A DNA stretch of 20,476 nt from Myxococcota bacterium (lineage in GTDB: Bacteria > Myxococcota_A > UBA796 > GCA-2862545): positions 1 to 20,476 of the forward strand of contig JBCCQY010000171.1 in the NCBI GenBank assembly GCA_039208735.1, in the 5' to 3' direction. The notes beneath the pieces were generated by a model. That model did not search any database. It saw only the letters and a list, made by a program, of their open reading frames with translations, and was not told the DNA's origin. Position 1 is the first letter of the stretch. Every line of letters starts with the position of its first letter. The position numbers were made by a program, and so were the translations under genes. Shown here piece after piece: positions 1-8,484 of the stretch.

Positions 1-282
1 GATGGGTCAGACGCTGACCTTGGTGCGTGGGGCGCGGCGAGCCAGTGGACCGATGACGATTCCGACGGTTTCGTCGGGGGGATTCAGGATTGTGACGATG
101 TGGCAGCGGTCGCCCCCATCACAATTTTCGTCGGTCCCGTTGCCCACCACCTCGGTGCCCGTAGGACGGATGGCCCCATCCCCATCGTCACAATCCTGAA
201 TCCCCCCGACGAAACCGTCGGAATCGTCATCGGTCCACTGGCTCGCCGCGCCCCACGCACCAAGGTCAGCGTCTGACCCATC
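1..282. repeat. Perfect 100-bp inverted repeat (arms 1-100 and 183-282, 82-bp spacer) at the window edge; probable fold-back chimera
   Basis: The reverse complement of 1-100 (catcgtcacaatcctgaatcccccc...gtctgacccatc) matches 183-282 base for base. The match stops at 101/182. Confidence 0.95.
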
Positions 283-1569
283 GGGCTCATCGAGCTGGGA
301 ATTGGGAAACACCGTCCCGCTTCCGTTGGGGTAGTTCTCGGCCCGATTGTAGACGTCGATGGCCGGCGACTGGGCCTGCAACTCCACCGACAAGGGATCA
401 CACACCGTGGAATTGGCAAAGCGTGGGTCGACGTCTTCCAACAAGTTGCGGACGTAGTTGTCGCCTTTGTCGGGAAAGGTAGTGAAGCTGGGGCCCGAAA
501 TGTCGAAATACAGGTTGTAGTCGATCAGGGCGGTGGCATCGCCTTCACCACGCAAGATGTCTTGCTCGTCCATGTCGGGCGTGGTGGACCGGTTGCTTAG
601 GTAGATGTCGCCGTGCCCCTGCCAAAACGCGTCACCGGTGATGAAGCCGGCTCCGCCGAGTTCGCCCGTGTTTCCCCGATAGACGTTCTGAAACGAGCGA
701 ATCGCCGGAGGATCCGCAGTGGCGGCTTTGGGATCCTGCACGATGTAGAGGGCGCCACCTTGGTTGGTGGCCTGATTGGCGTCGAGCAGGGAGTTTCGCA
801 GGACCAGCTCGGAGTTGGAGGCAAAGATGGCCCCGCCAACCTGAGAGGACGAACGACACAACACCGACCGGACCACTTCGAGATCATCCACCGCCGTGGC
901 CCACAGAGCGCCCCCTGCGGGCGAGCCATTCATCGCGGTTGTCATGTTGTCGTCGAAGAAGACCTCGGTGAACACGCATCGGTTCGACGCCGTGCAATAG
1001 ATGGCGCCCCCGTCGTCACTCGCTTCGCCCCCGATGAAGGAGGTGCGGTCCACGGTGAGCGATGTGTTGTTGCCCATGGCGATGAATCCACCGTCATCGC
1101 CGGCTCGCCCGTTCGAAAACTCGGAATCTTCGATGATGAGGGTGGAGTTGTTGCCGGTCGCCCGGATGGCCCCGCCATCCCGGTTGTTCATGCTGTCCCG
1201 CTCAATGTCTTCGATACGCACGTGCCGCAATTCGACCATCGCCCCGTCGGTCATCGTGATGGCGGGGAACTGATTGCGGCCGTCGATCACAACATTGCGA
1301 AACTCGACCTCGGCATTTCCGCCCTGGATCTCGAACCCAAGGTTGGTGGTCGGTTCAAGCACCGCCGCTTGCGGCTCGAGGCTCTCGATGGTGATGCGCT
1401 CGTTGTTGATGGTGAACGAGCCTCGATAGGTGCCCGGTGCAAGGAGGATGCGATCCCCGTTGTTTGCGTTCGCGACCGCGTCATCGACGTCCGAAAAGTC
1501 CGCGAACGGTCCACCTACAACGAGATCTGCACCTAGGGCCCCGGCCAATCCGACGATCCACGAAACCAC
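7..1569 (-). CDS. Secreted right-handed beta-helix / Pmp-like GGA-repeat protein with a C-terminal MopE-like putative metal-binding motif; 3' end probably corrupted (native sequence ends near 96-101)
   Basis: GTG at 1569 follows AGGGGGAG and starts a short signal peptide (MVSWIVGLAGALGA). 'DAVANANNGDRILLAPGTY' is a typical beta-helix cap. Seven GG(A/F)(I/L/G) repeats are present (DGGAIR, DGGFIA, DGGAIY, AGGALW, VGGAIF, QGGALY, LGGAGF), plus 'SPAID...DLGAWG' and 'DCDDGDGAIRPTGTEVVGNGTDENCDGGD'. The last ~30 codons are read from the inverted copy. Confidence 0.8.
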   Translation of the reverse strand: MVSWIVGLAGALGADLVVGGPFADFSDVDDAVANANNGDRILLAPGTYRGSFTINNERITIESLEPQAAVLEPTTNLGFEIQGGNAEVEFRNVVIDGRNQFPAITMTDGAMVELRHVRIEDIERDSMNNRDGGAIRATGNNSTLIIEDSEFSNGRAGDDGGFIAMGNNTSLTVDRTSFIGGEASDDGGAIYCTASNRCVFTEVFFDDNMTTAMNGSPAGGALWATAVDDLEVVRSVLCRSSSQVGGAIFASNSELVLRNSLLDANQATNQGGALYIVQDPKAATADPPAIRSFQNVYRGNTGELGGAGFITGDAFWQGHGDIYLSNRSTTPDMDEQDILRGEGDATALIDYNLYFDISGPSFTTFPDKGDNYVRNLLEDVDPRFANSTVCDPLSVELQAQSPAIDVYNRAENYPNGSGTVFPNSQLDEPDGSDADLGAWGAASQWTDDDSDGFVGGIQDCDDGDGAIRPTGTEVVGNGTDENCDGGDRCHIVTILNPPDETVGIVIGPLARRAPRTKVSV

Positions 1570-1634
1570 GGCTCCCCCTACATCGGCGAGAGCCACTATC
1601 GCGGCGACCGCCGCCGGTCATGACCGACGCGCGA

Positions 1635-2411
1635 TTAGGCCATCGGACGTGCAGCGGGCGCCGCGACGAGCCGATGTTCACCCTGCAATCCAGACAGCTG
1701 CACGAGCTTGGCTCGCCCGCGCGCATCCAACGACCAGAACTTGTAGTCCGATTGTTCGAGCATCAGGAGGGCTTCTCGGCCGGGCTGACCCGCCCCAACG
1801 GGGCCCTCGATCACCACGTAGGGTCGTGAGGTCTCGATGACCTGCGCCGCTCCACGCATCACCGCCAACGGCTCGGGATGGGCGATGCGAAGCAACTGCA
1901 CCTCCCCAAACCAACCTTCGTCGAGCAACGCATCCACCGAGGACGATTCCTTAGGCGATTCCGTCGTCAACTCGGGCTCCCCAAGAGGCGTCTTCAACAC
2001 ATCGACGAAATCGAATCGGTTGAGGGCCAGATTCCGGCCTAGCCGGTCCGCCTGCCGTTCGTCGGTCTCAACCGCAACCCCCCGGCCGGAATGGCCGATG
2101 AGCTTGGCCGCAACAAGGGTCACCTCACCAACCCCGGCCCCCACGTCGAGGACGGTGTCGCCAGGACGCAACGCGGTCTTGAGCCACTTGAGAAGGCCAG
2201 GATCGACCGAGCCGTACCAATAAACGGCACCGTCGAGTTCCGACGCAAGCTCCAGTTCCATTTTTATGTCACCGTCGAAGTCATTGATGACGACAGTGCC
2301 CGGACAGCGACGTGTGGATCGCCGAATGGGTTCCATGAGGAAGCGACCCCGACCCGGAAGCAGGCGCAGGGCCGAGGTCACTGCGCGAAGCAGCAACAAT
2401 CGGGTATACAT
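1635..2411 (-). CDS. FkbM-family-like class I SAM-dependent methyltransferase (divergent)
   Basis: SAM motif 'LRPGDTVLDVGAGVG', plus 'AVETD...LGRNLALN' and 'AVMRGAAQVIETSRPYVVIE'. GAGG upstream of the ATG. Co-oriented just downstream of the sugar dehydrogenase. Confidence 0.75.
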   Translation of the reverse strand: MYTRLLLLRAVTSALRLLPGRGRFLMEPIRRSTRRCPGTVVINDFDGDIKMELELASELDGAVYWYGSVDPGLLKWLKTALRPGDTVLDVGAGVGEVTLVAAKLIGHSGRGVAVETDERQADRLGRNLALNRFDFVDVLKTPLGEPELTTESPKESSSVDALLDEGWFGEVQLLRIAHPEPLAVMRGAAQVIETSRPYVVIEGPVGAGQPGREALLMLEQSDYKFWSLDARGRAKLVQLSGLQGEHRLVAAPAARPMA

Positions 2412-2437
2412 CGGACCTCTCGACCGTTTGCCAAGCC

Positions 2438-3652
2438 TTAACCCTCGACCGGACCGAGGCCCGGTCCCGGCTTGCTAATCCAGCCGCCGCAGGCATCGAT
2501 GACGTGTTGTCCAGATCGCTTCGGCGGACCCTTCTCCACGAACGCGCGATGGGCCACCGCAAGGACCACCAACTCAGCATCGAGGGCCAAGTCCAAGGAG
2601 ACGTGCACCAAATCGGGGGGCGCCTCGACATAGGGATCGGTCACCACGACGTCGTAGTGCTTGGCCAAGCCCCGCGCGAGTCGAAGGGCAGGCGCATTTC
2701 GCAGGTCGTCGGATTCCGCCTTGTAGGAAAGGCCCAACACGGCAACGCGACGAAGGGACGGATAGGCCGAGCGAATGCGCTCGACCCACCGCTCGGGCAC
2801 GCCGTCGGTGAACCGTCGGAGCGCTGCAAACAACGAACCCGTCGCGGCCTCGGGCTCCACGAGAAACCACGGATCGACAGGCAAGCAATGCCCGCCCACC
2901 CCCACCCCTGGAGTCAACATTCGCGCCCGCGGATGGAGATTGACCAGCGACTGCAGTGCGTAAGGATCCAAGCCGTGTTCGAGCGCAATCTCAGCCGCCG
3001 CATGCGCCACGGCAAGTTCGGCGTCGCGAGACGCGTTTTCAACAAGCTTTGTGAGTTCCGCGAGCGCCGCCGTCGTCGGCACCACCGGGCCCCGGGTGCG
3101 CGCAGCGAACCATGCTCGTGCAGCTTCGGTGGACGCCTCGTCGACCCCTCCGACGAGCCGCGGCGTGTGGGTCAGTTCATGTAAGGCTTGTCCCGGCAAT
3201 ACCCGCTCGGGACACATCGCCACGCGAGCCCGTGGATCGATCCTCCGAAGCTTCGCGGCCACTGCCTCGGTCGTGCCTACCGGGACGGTCGATGCGATCA
3301 ACCACAACGCTCCGGGAGCGGTTCGAGGAGCGACCGTCGCCACTGCATCGTGCAGAAAGGACAGATCGGCCTTTCGATCCGAATCCAAGGGGGTGGGCAC
3401 GCACACCGCCACCACGTGGACCCGCTCGGGGGGCAGCGATGAAACCGTCAGTCGGCCGCCCTGCAGGACCGCCCGAAGGCGCTCCGTCAACCCCGGTTCG
3501 CGGGGCGCTTGCCCGGATGCAATGCGCGAAACGACCTTGGGGTCATGGTCGTAGCCAACGACCGGGGATCCTGATTCCTCAGCCCACCAGACGGCCAGAG
3601 GGAGCCCGACGTAGCCTAGCCCGACGACGCAAACGACCTCAGTCGTCGTCAT
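2438..3652 (-). CDS. Nucleotide-sugar dehydrogenase, UDP-glucose/GDP-mannose dehydrogenase family; WecC (UDP-ManNAc dehydrogenase)-like
   Basis: Rossmann motif 'VVGLGYVGLP', 'CVPTP', 'CPERVLPG', 'KLVEN', catalytic Cys motif 'GVGGHCLPVDPWFL' and 'GLSYKAESDDLR'. ATG at 3652 follows GGGAG. 404 aa. Confidence 0.9.
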   Translation of the reverse strand: MTTTEVVCVVGLGYVGLPLAVWWAEESGSPVVGYDHDPKVVSRIASGQAPREPGLTERLRAVLQGGRLTVSSLPPERVHVVAVCVPTPLDSDRKADLSFLHDAVATVAPRTAPGALWLIASTVPVGTTEAVAAKLRRIDPRARVAMCPERVLPGQALHELTHTPRLVGGVDEASTEAARAWFAARTRGPVVPTTAALAELTKLVENASRDAELAVAHAAAEIALEHGLDPYALQSLVNLHPRARMLTPGVGVGGHCLPVDPWFLVEPEAATGSLFAALRRFTDGVPERWVERIRSAYPSLRRVAVLGLSYKAESDDLRNAPALRLARGLAKHYDVVVTDPYVEAPPDLVHVSLDLALDAELVVLAVAHRAFVEKGPPKRSGQHVIDACGGWISKPGPGLGPVEG

Positions 3653-3959
3653 GCTCCCGCATGCTCGCGGCAAGCCACCGCTGCAGCACCAAGAGATAGC
3701 TCTTGGGTAGGCGATTGATGTAGAGCCGCACTCGGCTCGCGATGGTCAAGAAGTTCTCGCCGGTGAACGACAACGCATCGTCGGCGTCCGGCAACCTTAC
3801 CATGGGGCGCCGAGGGCGCCGCGACAGTTCGTCGAGCTGGTGTTTGATCCAACCATCAACGACGATGAGAGCTGCTTTATCGAGACCAAGCACCCATTGT
3901 CGGAGCCCTACTCGGAGGCGGACGGCGTCATCCTCGTTTCCGGCTCGCGTTTCCCCCAT
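3639..3959 (-). CDS. Hypothetical 106-aa protein with a two-fold internal helical repeat
   Basis: Strong RBS (GGAGG, 5-nt spacer). Fills the gap and overlaps the dehydrogenase start by 14 bp. Internal repeat LRQWVLGLDKAALIVVDGWI / VRLYINRLPKSYLLVLQRWL. Confidence 0.75.
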   Translation of the reverse strand: MGETRAGNEDDAVRLRVGLRQWVLGLDKAALIVVDGWIKHQLDELSRRPRRPMVRLPDADDALSFTGENFLTIASRVRLYINRLPKSYLLVLQRWLAASMREHDDD

Positions 3960-3977
3960 CGATACCTCCGTGGAGCT

Positions 3978-3986
3978 AGCTTAGCA
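3978..3986 (-). promoter_or_regulatory. Candidate extended -10 promoter (TGcTAAGCT) for the hypothetical-wecC-fkbM operon
   Basis: The minus strand reads TGC-TAAGCT, matching TGnTAnnnT, 18 nt upstream of the ATG at 3959. No -35 box is evident. Confidence 0.35.
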
Positions 3987-4009
3987 CCGACCCCGTTCAC
4001 AGGCCTGCG

Positions 4010-5146
4010 ATGTCTCGGATCTACCTCTCCCCCCCTCATATGGGGCCCGAAGAGCGCTCTTTCCTCCTCGACGCTTTCGACTCGAATTGGATCGCGCCCC
4101 TTGGCCCCCACGTGAACGCGTTCGAAATTGAACTTGCGGCTTCGCTTGGCGATGGGCTATACTCGGCGGCTTTGTCTTCTGGCACGGCTGGCCTGCATCT
4201 CGCCTTGCTGCAACTCGGCGTCGGCCCTGGCGATTTCGTCATTACCGCCACCCTGACCTTCGCCGCTACGGCGAATGCCATTCGCTACGTCGGCGCCGAA
4301 CCTGTATTCGTCGATGTCGATCCTGCCACCTGGACCCTCGATCCTGCGGTTCTCGCGCATGCCCTCGACGATCTAGAACAAGCGGGAACGCCGGCCAAGG
4401 CCGTCATCACGGTCGATCTGTATGGCCAAATCTGTGACTATTCGGCCATTGCGCCCCTGTGTGAGCACCGTGGCATCCCCATCGTCGAAGACGCCGCCGA
4501 AGCGTTGGGGTCCACCCTTGTCGGCCGAGCCGCAGGTGCGTTTGGCGACGTCTCTGTGTTTTCGTTCAATGGAAACAAGATCATCACGACGTCGGGTGGC
4601 GGCATGCTCGTGGCTCGTGACCCGGCGTTCGTCGACCGGGTGAAGTTCCTCGCGAGTCAAGCCCGTGACCCAGCCCCGCACTACCAACATTCCACGGTGG
4701 GCTACAACTACCGGTTATCAAATTTGCTCGCTGCGATCGGACGAGCACAACTCCGTAAGCTCCCCCTTCGAGTGGACCGACGCCGAGCGATTCGCGACCG
4801 CTACCGGGCCGCGTTGGGGGACCTTCCAGGGTTGACCTGGCTCGAAGACGCCCCCGGGGTTCGGGGCAATGCCTGGCTCACCTGCCTCCTCATCGATGAG
4901 GCCTCGCTCGGCGTGGACCGCGACACGCTTCGCGAGCACCTCGAAACCCTCGACATCGAGAGCCGCCCCGTCTGGAAGCCGATGCACCAACAACCCGTGT
5001 TTGCGGAATGCAAGCGCTATGGCGGCTCGGTTTCGGACCACCTGTTCGCCCAAGGCCTGTGCCTTCCGTCGGGGTCCAGTCTCTCCGAGGCCGATCAGGA
5101 CAGGGTCATCGAGGGATTTCGCTCGCGAGTACCCGCAGTCGTCTGA
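4010..5146 (+). CDS. DegT/DnrJ/EryC1/StrS PLP-dependent sugar aminotransferase (PglE/EpsN-like)
   Basis: 'IYLSPPHM', 'SSGTAGLHLAL', 'IVEDAAEALG', PLP-lysine motif 'FSFNGNKIITTSGGG', 'GYNYRLSN', 'ESRPVWKPMH', 'GLCLPSGS'. Confidence 0.95.
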   Translation: MSRIYLSPPHMGPEERSFLLDAFDSNWIAPLGPHVNAFEIELAASLGDGLYSAALSSGTAGLHLALLQLGVGPGDFVITATLTFAATANAIRYVGAEPVFVDVDPATWTLDPAVLAHALDDLEQAGTPAKAVITVDLYGQICDYSAIAPLCEHRGIPIVEDAAEALGSTLVGRAAGAFGDVSVFSFNGNKIITTSGGGMLVARDPAFVDRVKFLASQARDPAPHYQHSTVGYNYRLSNLLAAIGRAQLRKLPLRVDRRRAIRDRYRAALGDLPGLTWLEDAPGVRGNAWLTCLLIDEASLGVDRDTLREHLETLDIESRPVWKPMHQQPVFAECKRYGGSVSDHLFAQGLCLPSGSSLSEADQDRVIEGFRSRVPAVV

Positions 5147-5212
5147 CCAAACGCGACCAAAGGGGAGCGCAGGTGGCGGCGGGGCAAGGAAGGGGAACGT
5201 TACCGGATCCCC

Positions 5213-6193
5213 ATGACCACGATGGTGCTGCAACCCCGCGACCTGGCCGTCGAACTTCACGGCCTTCTTGTCGACATCGATGCGGTTCGACTGCCCGCGG
5301 ATCTCCGCGAACTTCACGCTCGGCTCCAACGCCTCATCAAGGCCATGGCCTCGCTGCTGGAGGCGGGGAGCGAAGCCTCCAAGAGCGCCGTTGCGCACAT
5401 TGCGGAGCTGCGTGAGGTGGCGCTTCGCTATGCGCCCCGCGACTCTACGGCAACGGCCGAGGCCCTTCGGCGTTGGCGAGAGTTCAGCACTCAACTCCGC
5501 CCGGCGTTCGCGCGCTGGCTTCGCGACTTGCGGAGCCAAGGGGTCAGTCTTCCTGCCGCAACCGCGCGACTCGCAACCCCAACCCGACCGGGGAACCTTC
5601 TCCGCAATGGCTTTCACGTCACGAACGCACTCGTCGTCATTGGACTCGTCCAGTTCGTGTTGACCACGCCATCCTTGCGGATCGGCGCGGCGATTGCCGG
5701 TATGACCGCGGCATGGACCATGGAGGCCGCCCGTCGATGGTCGCCCGGCATCAATCGCTTCTTGATGACGTTGTTTGCAAGGGTCGCCCATCCTCATGAG
5801 TCCGTCGAAGTGAATTCGGCGACCTGGTACACCACGGCCCTTGTGATCCTAGCCATCGGTTTTCCAGTCGACATCGGCATCATGGCCTTGGCCGTGTTGG
5901 GATTCGGTGACCCAGCCGCCGCGATCATCGGTCGCAACTTTGGTCGGACGCCGGTGGGACGCGGCCGAACCCTCGAAGGTTCACTCGCGTTCGTCGCGGC
6001 GGGGGCCCTCGCCGCCTTTGGCATTGGCCTGTGGCTGCACCCTGCCGCGTTCCCGGTCCTCGCCTTGCGCGCGTTGGCGGGCGGGGTCGCCGGCGCCGTA
6101 GCAGAGGTGGTCACCCGCCGACTGGACGATAACCTTACAATCCCGCTAGCCGTGGCCACAGTGCTAGGGGTCCTGCGGCTCGGAGGGTGGTGA
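5213..6193 (+). CDS. CTP-dependent membrane lipid kinase (dolichol/phytol/diacylglycerol kinase, SEC59/VTE5/DGK1 family) with a ~120-aa helical N-terminal extension
   Basis: 'RNGFHV', 'LGFGDPAAAIIGRNFG', 'RTLEGSLAF' and 'LDDNLTIPL' are hallmark motifs of the family. Multiple transmembrane segments. Confidence 0.85.
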   Translation: MTTMVLQPRDLAVELHGLLVDIDAVRLPADLRELHARLQRLIKAMASLLEAGSEASKSAVAHIAELREVALRYAPRDSTATAEALRRWREFSTQLRPAFARWLRDLRSQGVSLPAATARLATPTRPGNLLRNGFHVTNALVVIGLVQFVLTTPSLRIGAAIAGMTAAWTMEAARRWSPGINRFLMTLFARVAHPHESVEVNSATWYTTALVILAIGFPVDIGIMALAVLGFGDPAAAIIGRNFGRTPVGRGRTLEGSLAFVAAGALAAFGIGLWLHPAAFPVLALRALAGGVAGAVAEVVTRRLDDNLTIPLAVATVLGVLRLGGW

Positions 6194-6537
6194 TGGTCGA
6201 ACGCTTCAAGACGTGGTGGAGCCAAACCGAGGCCCGTCGCACACGCATCGTGTCGGAGTACGGCAACCTCGCCATTGTGCTGTATCTCTTGATCTCGGCC
6301 GCGAACGTCGCCATCGTGTACCTCTTGCTCCAGCAGGGCTTCGAGATCGGCGACAGCGCCGGACAGGCCGCGACGCTCGGCCTGGCGTGGGTCAGCGCGA
6401 AGGTCTTCATCCCCGCGCGCGTAGCCCTGTTGGTCGTTCTCACGCCGGCGGTCGCCGAGACGGGACGCGCGCTCGGCTGGCTGCCAGCCCTCCCGCCCAC
6501 AGCGCCCACATCCACCACCACGCCGTCGTCCGAGTGA
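6193..6537 (+). CDS. Small membrane protein, FAM210/DUF1279-like
   Basis: TGATG coupling with the kinase stop and GGAGG upstream. 'EYGNLAIVLYLLIS...YLLLQQG' and 'LAWVSAKVFIPARVALLVVLTP' resemble the FAM210/DUF1279 pattern (YG-hydrophobic...A[YW]xxxKxxxPxR). Confidence 0.7.
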   Translation: MVERFKTWWSQTEARRTRIVSEYGNLAIVLYLLISAANVAIVYLLLQQGFEIGDSAGQAATLGLAWVSAKVFIPARVALLVVLTPAVAETGRALGWLPALPPTAPTSTTTPSSE

Positions 6538-7666
6538 CGAGGTCGTTCGAGGCGGGACCCAGCACCGTCGCGGACGCCCAACACCCGAAGCCCAGCGCGA
6601 CCCAAGCCTCGGGCGTCGTCCACGTGCGACGAAGAAGCGCCCAGCCGAGGGCGAACCAGCCCCAAAGTGCAATCGCAAGACCGATCCCGCCCATCTGAAG
6701 GAGGAGGGCGAGAACCTCGGAATGAGGTTCGAAATGTCGGTAGCTCGCCAGGTGGCCCCCGAGCCCATGGCCGAACAGCCAGACCGCGGGCTCGGCATTG
6801 GCGAAGTCCTCGAGGGTGTGCCGCCAAATCTCGACCCGCGAGGACCCCAACTTGTCCCACCCTCCGGACGGGGCTTGGCCTTGCGCCGCCTTCCACAGGC
6901 TCGCAAATCGGCCCGAACCCAGCGCCAAGATCCCCCCAACCCCCACCAGAACCATCGCCCATCGCCATTGACGAAGCGCGATCCAGGCGACGGTTCCGGT
7001 GAGAAGCGCCGTCAGCAACGACGCTCGGACCCAGGTGAGGATGAGCGCAATGGCCGCGGCGATGGCGACCGTCCACCCCAGTCCACGGTCGCTCGGGCGC
7101 TTCGCTTGCAAGGCGAACCCAACCGCAAGCGGAGTGGCCAGCGCCATCGTCGCGGCCAGCGTATGCACATTGCCGTGGCCGCCCACCAATCGGGACCACC
7201 CGTGAAGCACGATCCAGCCGCTACCCGAAGGCCGAGCCATCCAGGCCGCCACCCCAAGCGTGAACAGCACGCCGAAGAGCGCGGGTCGCATCAGGCGCAG
7301 CAACGGTGGGGGGCGCACGGTGACCGCCAGGCCAAGGATCAGCGGTCCGAGCCAGTGTCCCGCGTACACCCAAGCCAACCGATCCAACGGCGTACGAAGC
7401 AGCGTGAATCCAACCCATGCGGCAAACGCGAACGCCGGCCCGGGCACCTTCCAGGGCCGCGGGCTCGTGGCAATCCTCGCAATCATGGCAGCGATCAGCC
7501 CAACCGTTCCCATCTGGCCCATCGAAAACCCGAGGCTCGAAGGCCCCCAAAGGAGATCGAGCCCCGATCGAGTGCAAAGGACCCATCCGACCGGTGACGA
7601 TCCCCCTTCAGGATCCGGTTTGGCGAACCGCGCTTCTGGATTTGGCTTGGTCTTAACCGCATTCAT
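6440..7666 (-). CDS. O-antigen ligase/polymerase (WaaL/Wzy_C) family membrane protein
   Basis: Many transmembrane helices. 'LTWVRASL', 'SSRVEIW' and 'FGHGLGG...EPHSEVLALLLQMGGIG' match the Wzy_C GxGxG...H motif. The start is uncertain (ATG 7666 chosen). The 3' end overlaps the convergent gene by 98 bp. Confidence 0.8.
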   Translation of the reverse strand: MNAVKTKPNPEARFAKPDPEGGSSPVGWVLCTRSGLDLLWGPSSLGFSMGQMGTVGLIAAMIARIATSPRPWKVPGPAFAFAAWVGFTLLRTPLDRLAWVYAGHWLGPLILGLAVTVRPPPLLRLMRPALFGVLFTLGVAAWMARPSGSGWIVLHGWSRLVGGHGNVHTLAATMALATPLAVGFALQAKRPSDRGLGWTVAIAAAIALILTWVRASLLTALLTGTVAWIALRQWRWAMVLVGVGGILALGSGRFASLWKAAQGQAPSGGWDKLGSSRVEIWRHTLEDFANAEPAVWLFGHGLGGHLASYRHFEPHSEVLALLLQMGGIGLAIALWGWFALGWALLRRTWTTPEAWVALGFGCWASATVLGPASNDLVTRTTAWWWMWALWAGGLAASRARVPSRRPPA

Positions 7667-7767
7667 GGACCGTTCCCGAGCGGATCGACATTTCTCCGCC
7701 GGATCGGCAATGTTTCTTCGTTCTTGAGGAGGTTGAAACCACAGCGTCAATGGGTGACGGCGAAACG

Positions 7768-8484
7768 ATGGATACGGTCGATGTGCGAGGCGTAGCGGTC
7801 GGGTGTGCGACGGTCCAAGAGTGGATCGACGCCCTGGCGAACTGCGTCGGTGGCCCAAACGCCCACCATCATGTCTCCATGAATGCGGCCAAATGGGTCG
7901 CGTTGCACAGGGACCCTGCGTTGCGCCTTGCCGTGCGGAAAGCGGGTTCCGTGGGCGCAGATGGCATCGGCATCGTGGCGTTGGCGCACGGCTTAGGCAC
8001 GCCGCTGCCGGAACGTGCCCCAGGGATCGACGTGGCCCGGGGCCTGCTGGACCGAGCCCGAGCTGGGAAGTGGCGGGTTGGGTTGTACGGGGCTCGACCC
8101 GCCATCGTCGAAGCGGTCCACCACCAGCTGACCGCAGAGGGAATTCAGGTGGTGCTGGCCGTGGACGGCTATGGACCTGCCCCGACCGAAGCGTTGGCGA
8201 AGGCTCCCCCCGATCTCCTGCTCGTGGCCCTCGGCACCCCTCGCGCCGAGCACTTCATTGCGACGCACGCCACTCAGTGGCCCGGTACCGTAGTCCTCGG
8301 GGTCGGAGGGGCCTTCGACGTTTGGGCAGGCGCCACCCCAAGGGCTCCCGAATGGTCACGGCGCTGGGGCCTCGAGTGGGCCGCCCGGTTTGTTCGATCG
8401 CCACGGCAGCGGTTTCAACGAGCCATCCTCGACGCCCTGCACTTTACTGCCGCAGCCGCCGCGGGCTGGCGAGTGCCGACATGA
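7768..8484 (+). CDS. WecB/TagA/CpsF (WecG-like, GT26) glycosyltransferase
   Basis: 'SMNAAK', 'ADGIGIV', 'ERAPGID', 'LLVALGTPRAE', 'GVGGAFDVWAG', 'RAPEW...GLEW'. An alternative start is at 7750. Confidence 0.92.
   Translation: MDTVDVRGVAVGCATVQEWIDALANCVGGPNAHHHVSMNAAKWVALHRDPALRLAVRKAGSVGADGIGIVALAHGLGTPLPERAPGIDVARGLLDRARAGKWRVGLYGARPAIVEAVHHQLTAEGIQVVLAVDGYGPAPTEALAKAPPDLLLVALGTPRAEHFIATHATQWPGTVVLGVGGAFDVWAGATPRAPEWSRRWGLEWAARFVRSPRQRFQRAILDALHFTAAAAAGWRVPT

Noticed and set aside
1..282. Inverted repeat as transposon/MITE ends or an invertible switch
   Set aside because: The arm is ordinary coding sequence of the gene, and no transposase, recombinase or target-site duplication is visible.
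613..1536. Long alternative-frame ORFs (for example 613-1536 +, 4718-5797 -, 5794-6939 -, 6722-7597 +, 9258-10067 -, 11489-12271 +)
   Set aside because: They overlap well-supported genes on the opposite strand and have no recognisable motifs. They are typical high-GC shadow ORFs.
7803..8480. 793-aa version of the heparinase-like ORF
   Set aside because: The upstream part is an R/G-rich alternative frame over the glycosyltransferase gene. The ATGA overlap at 8481 marks the true start.
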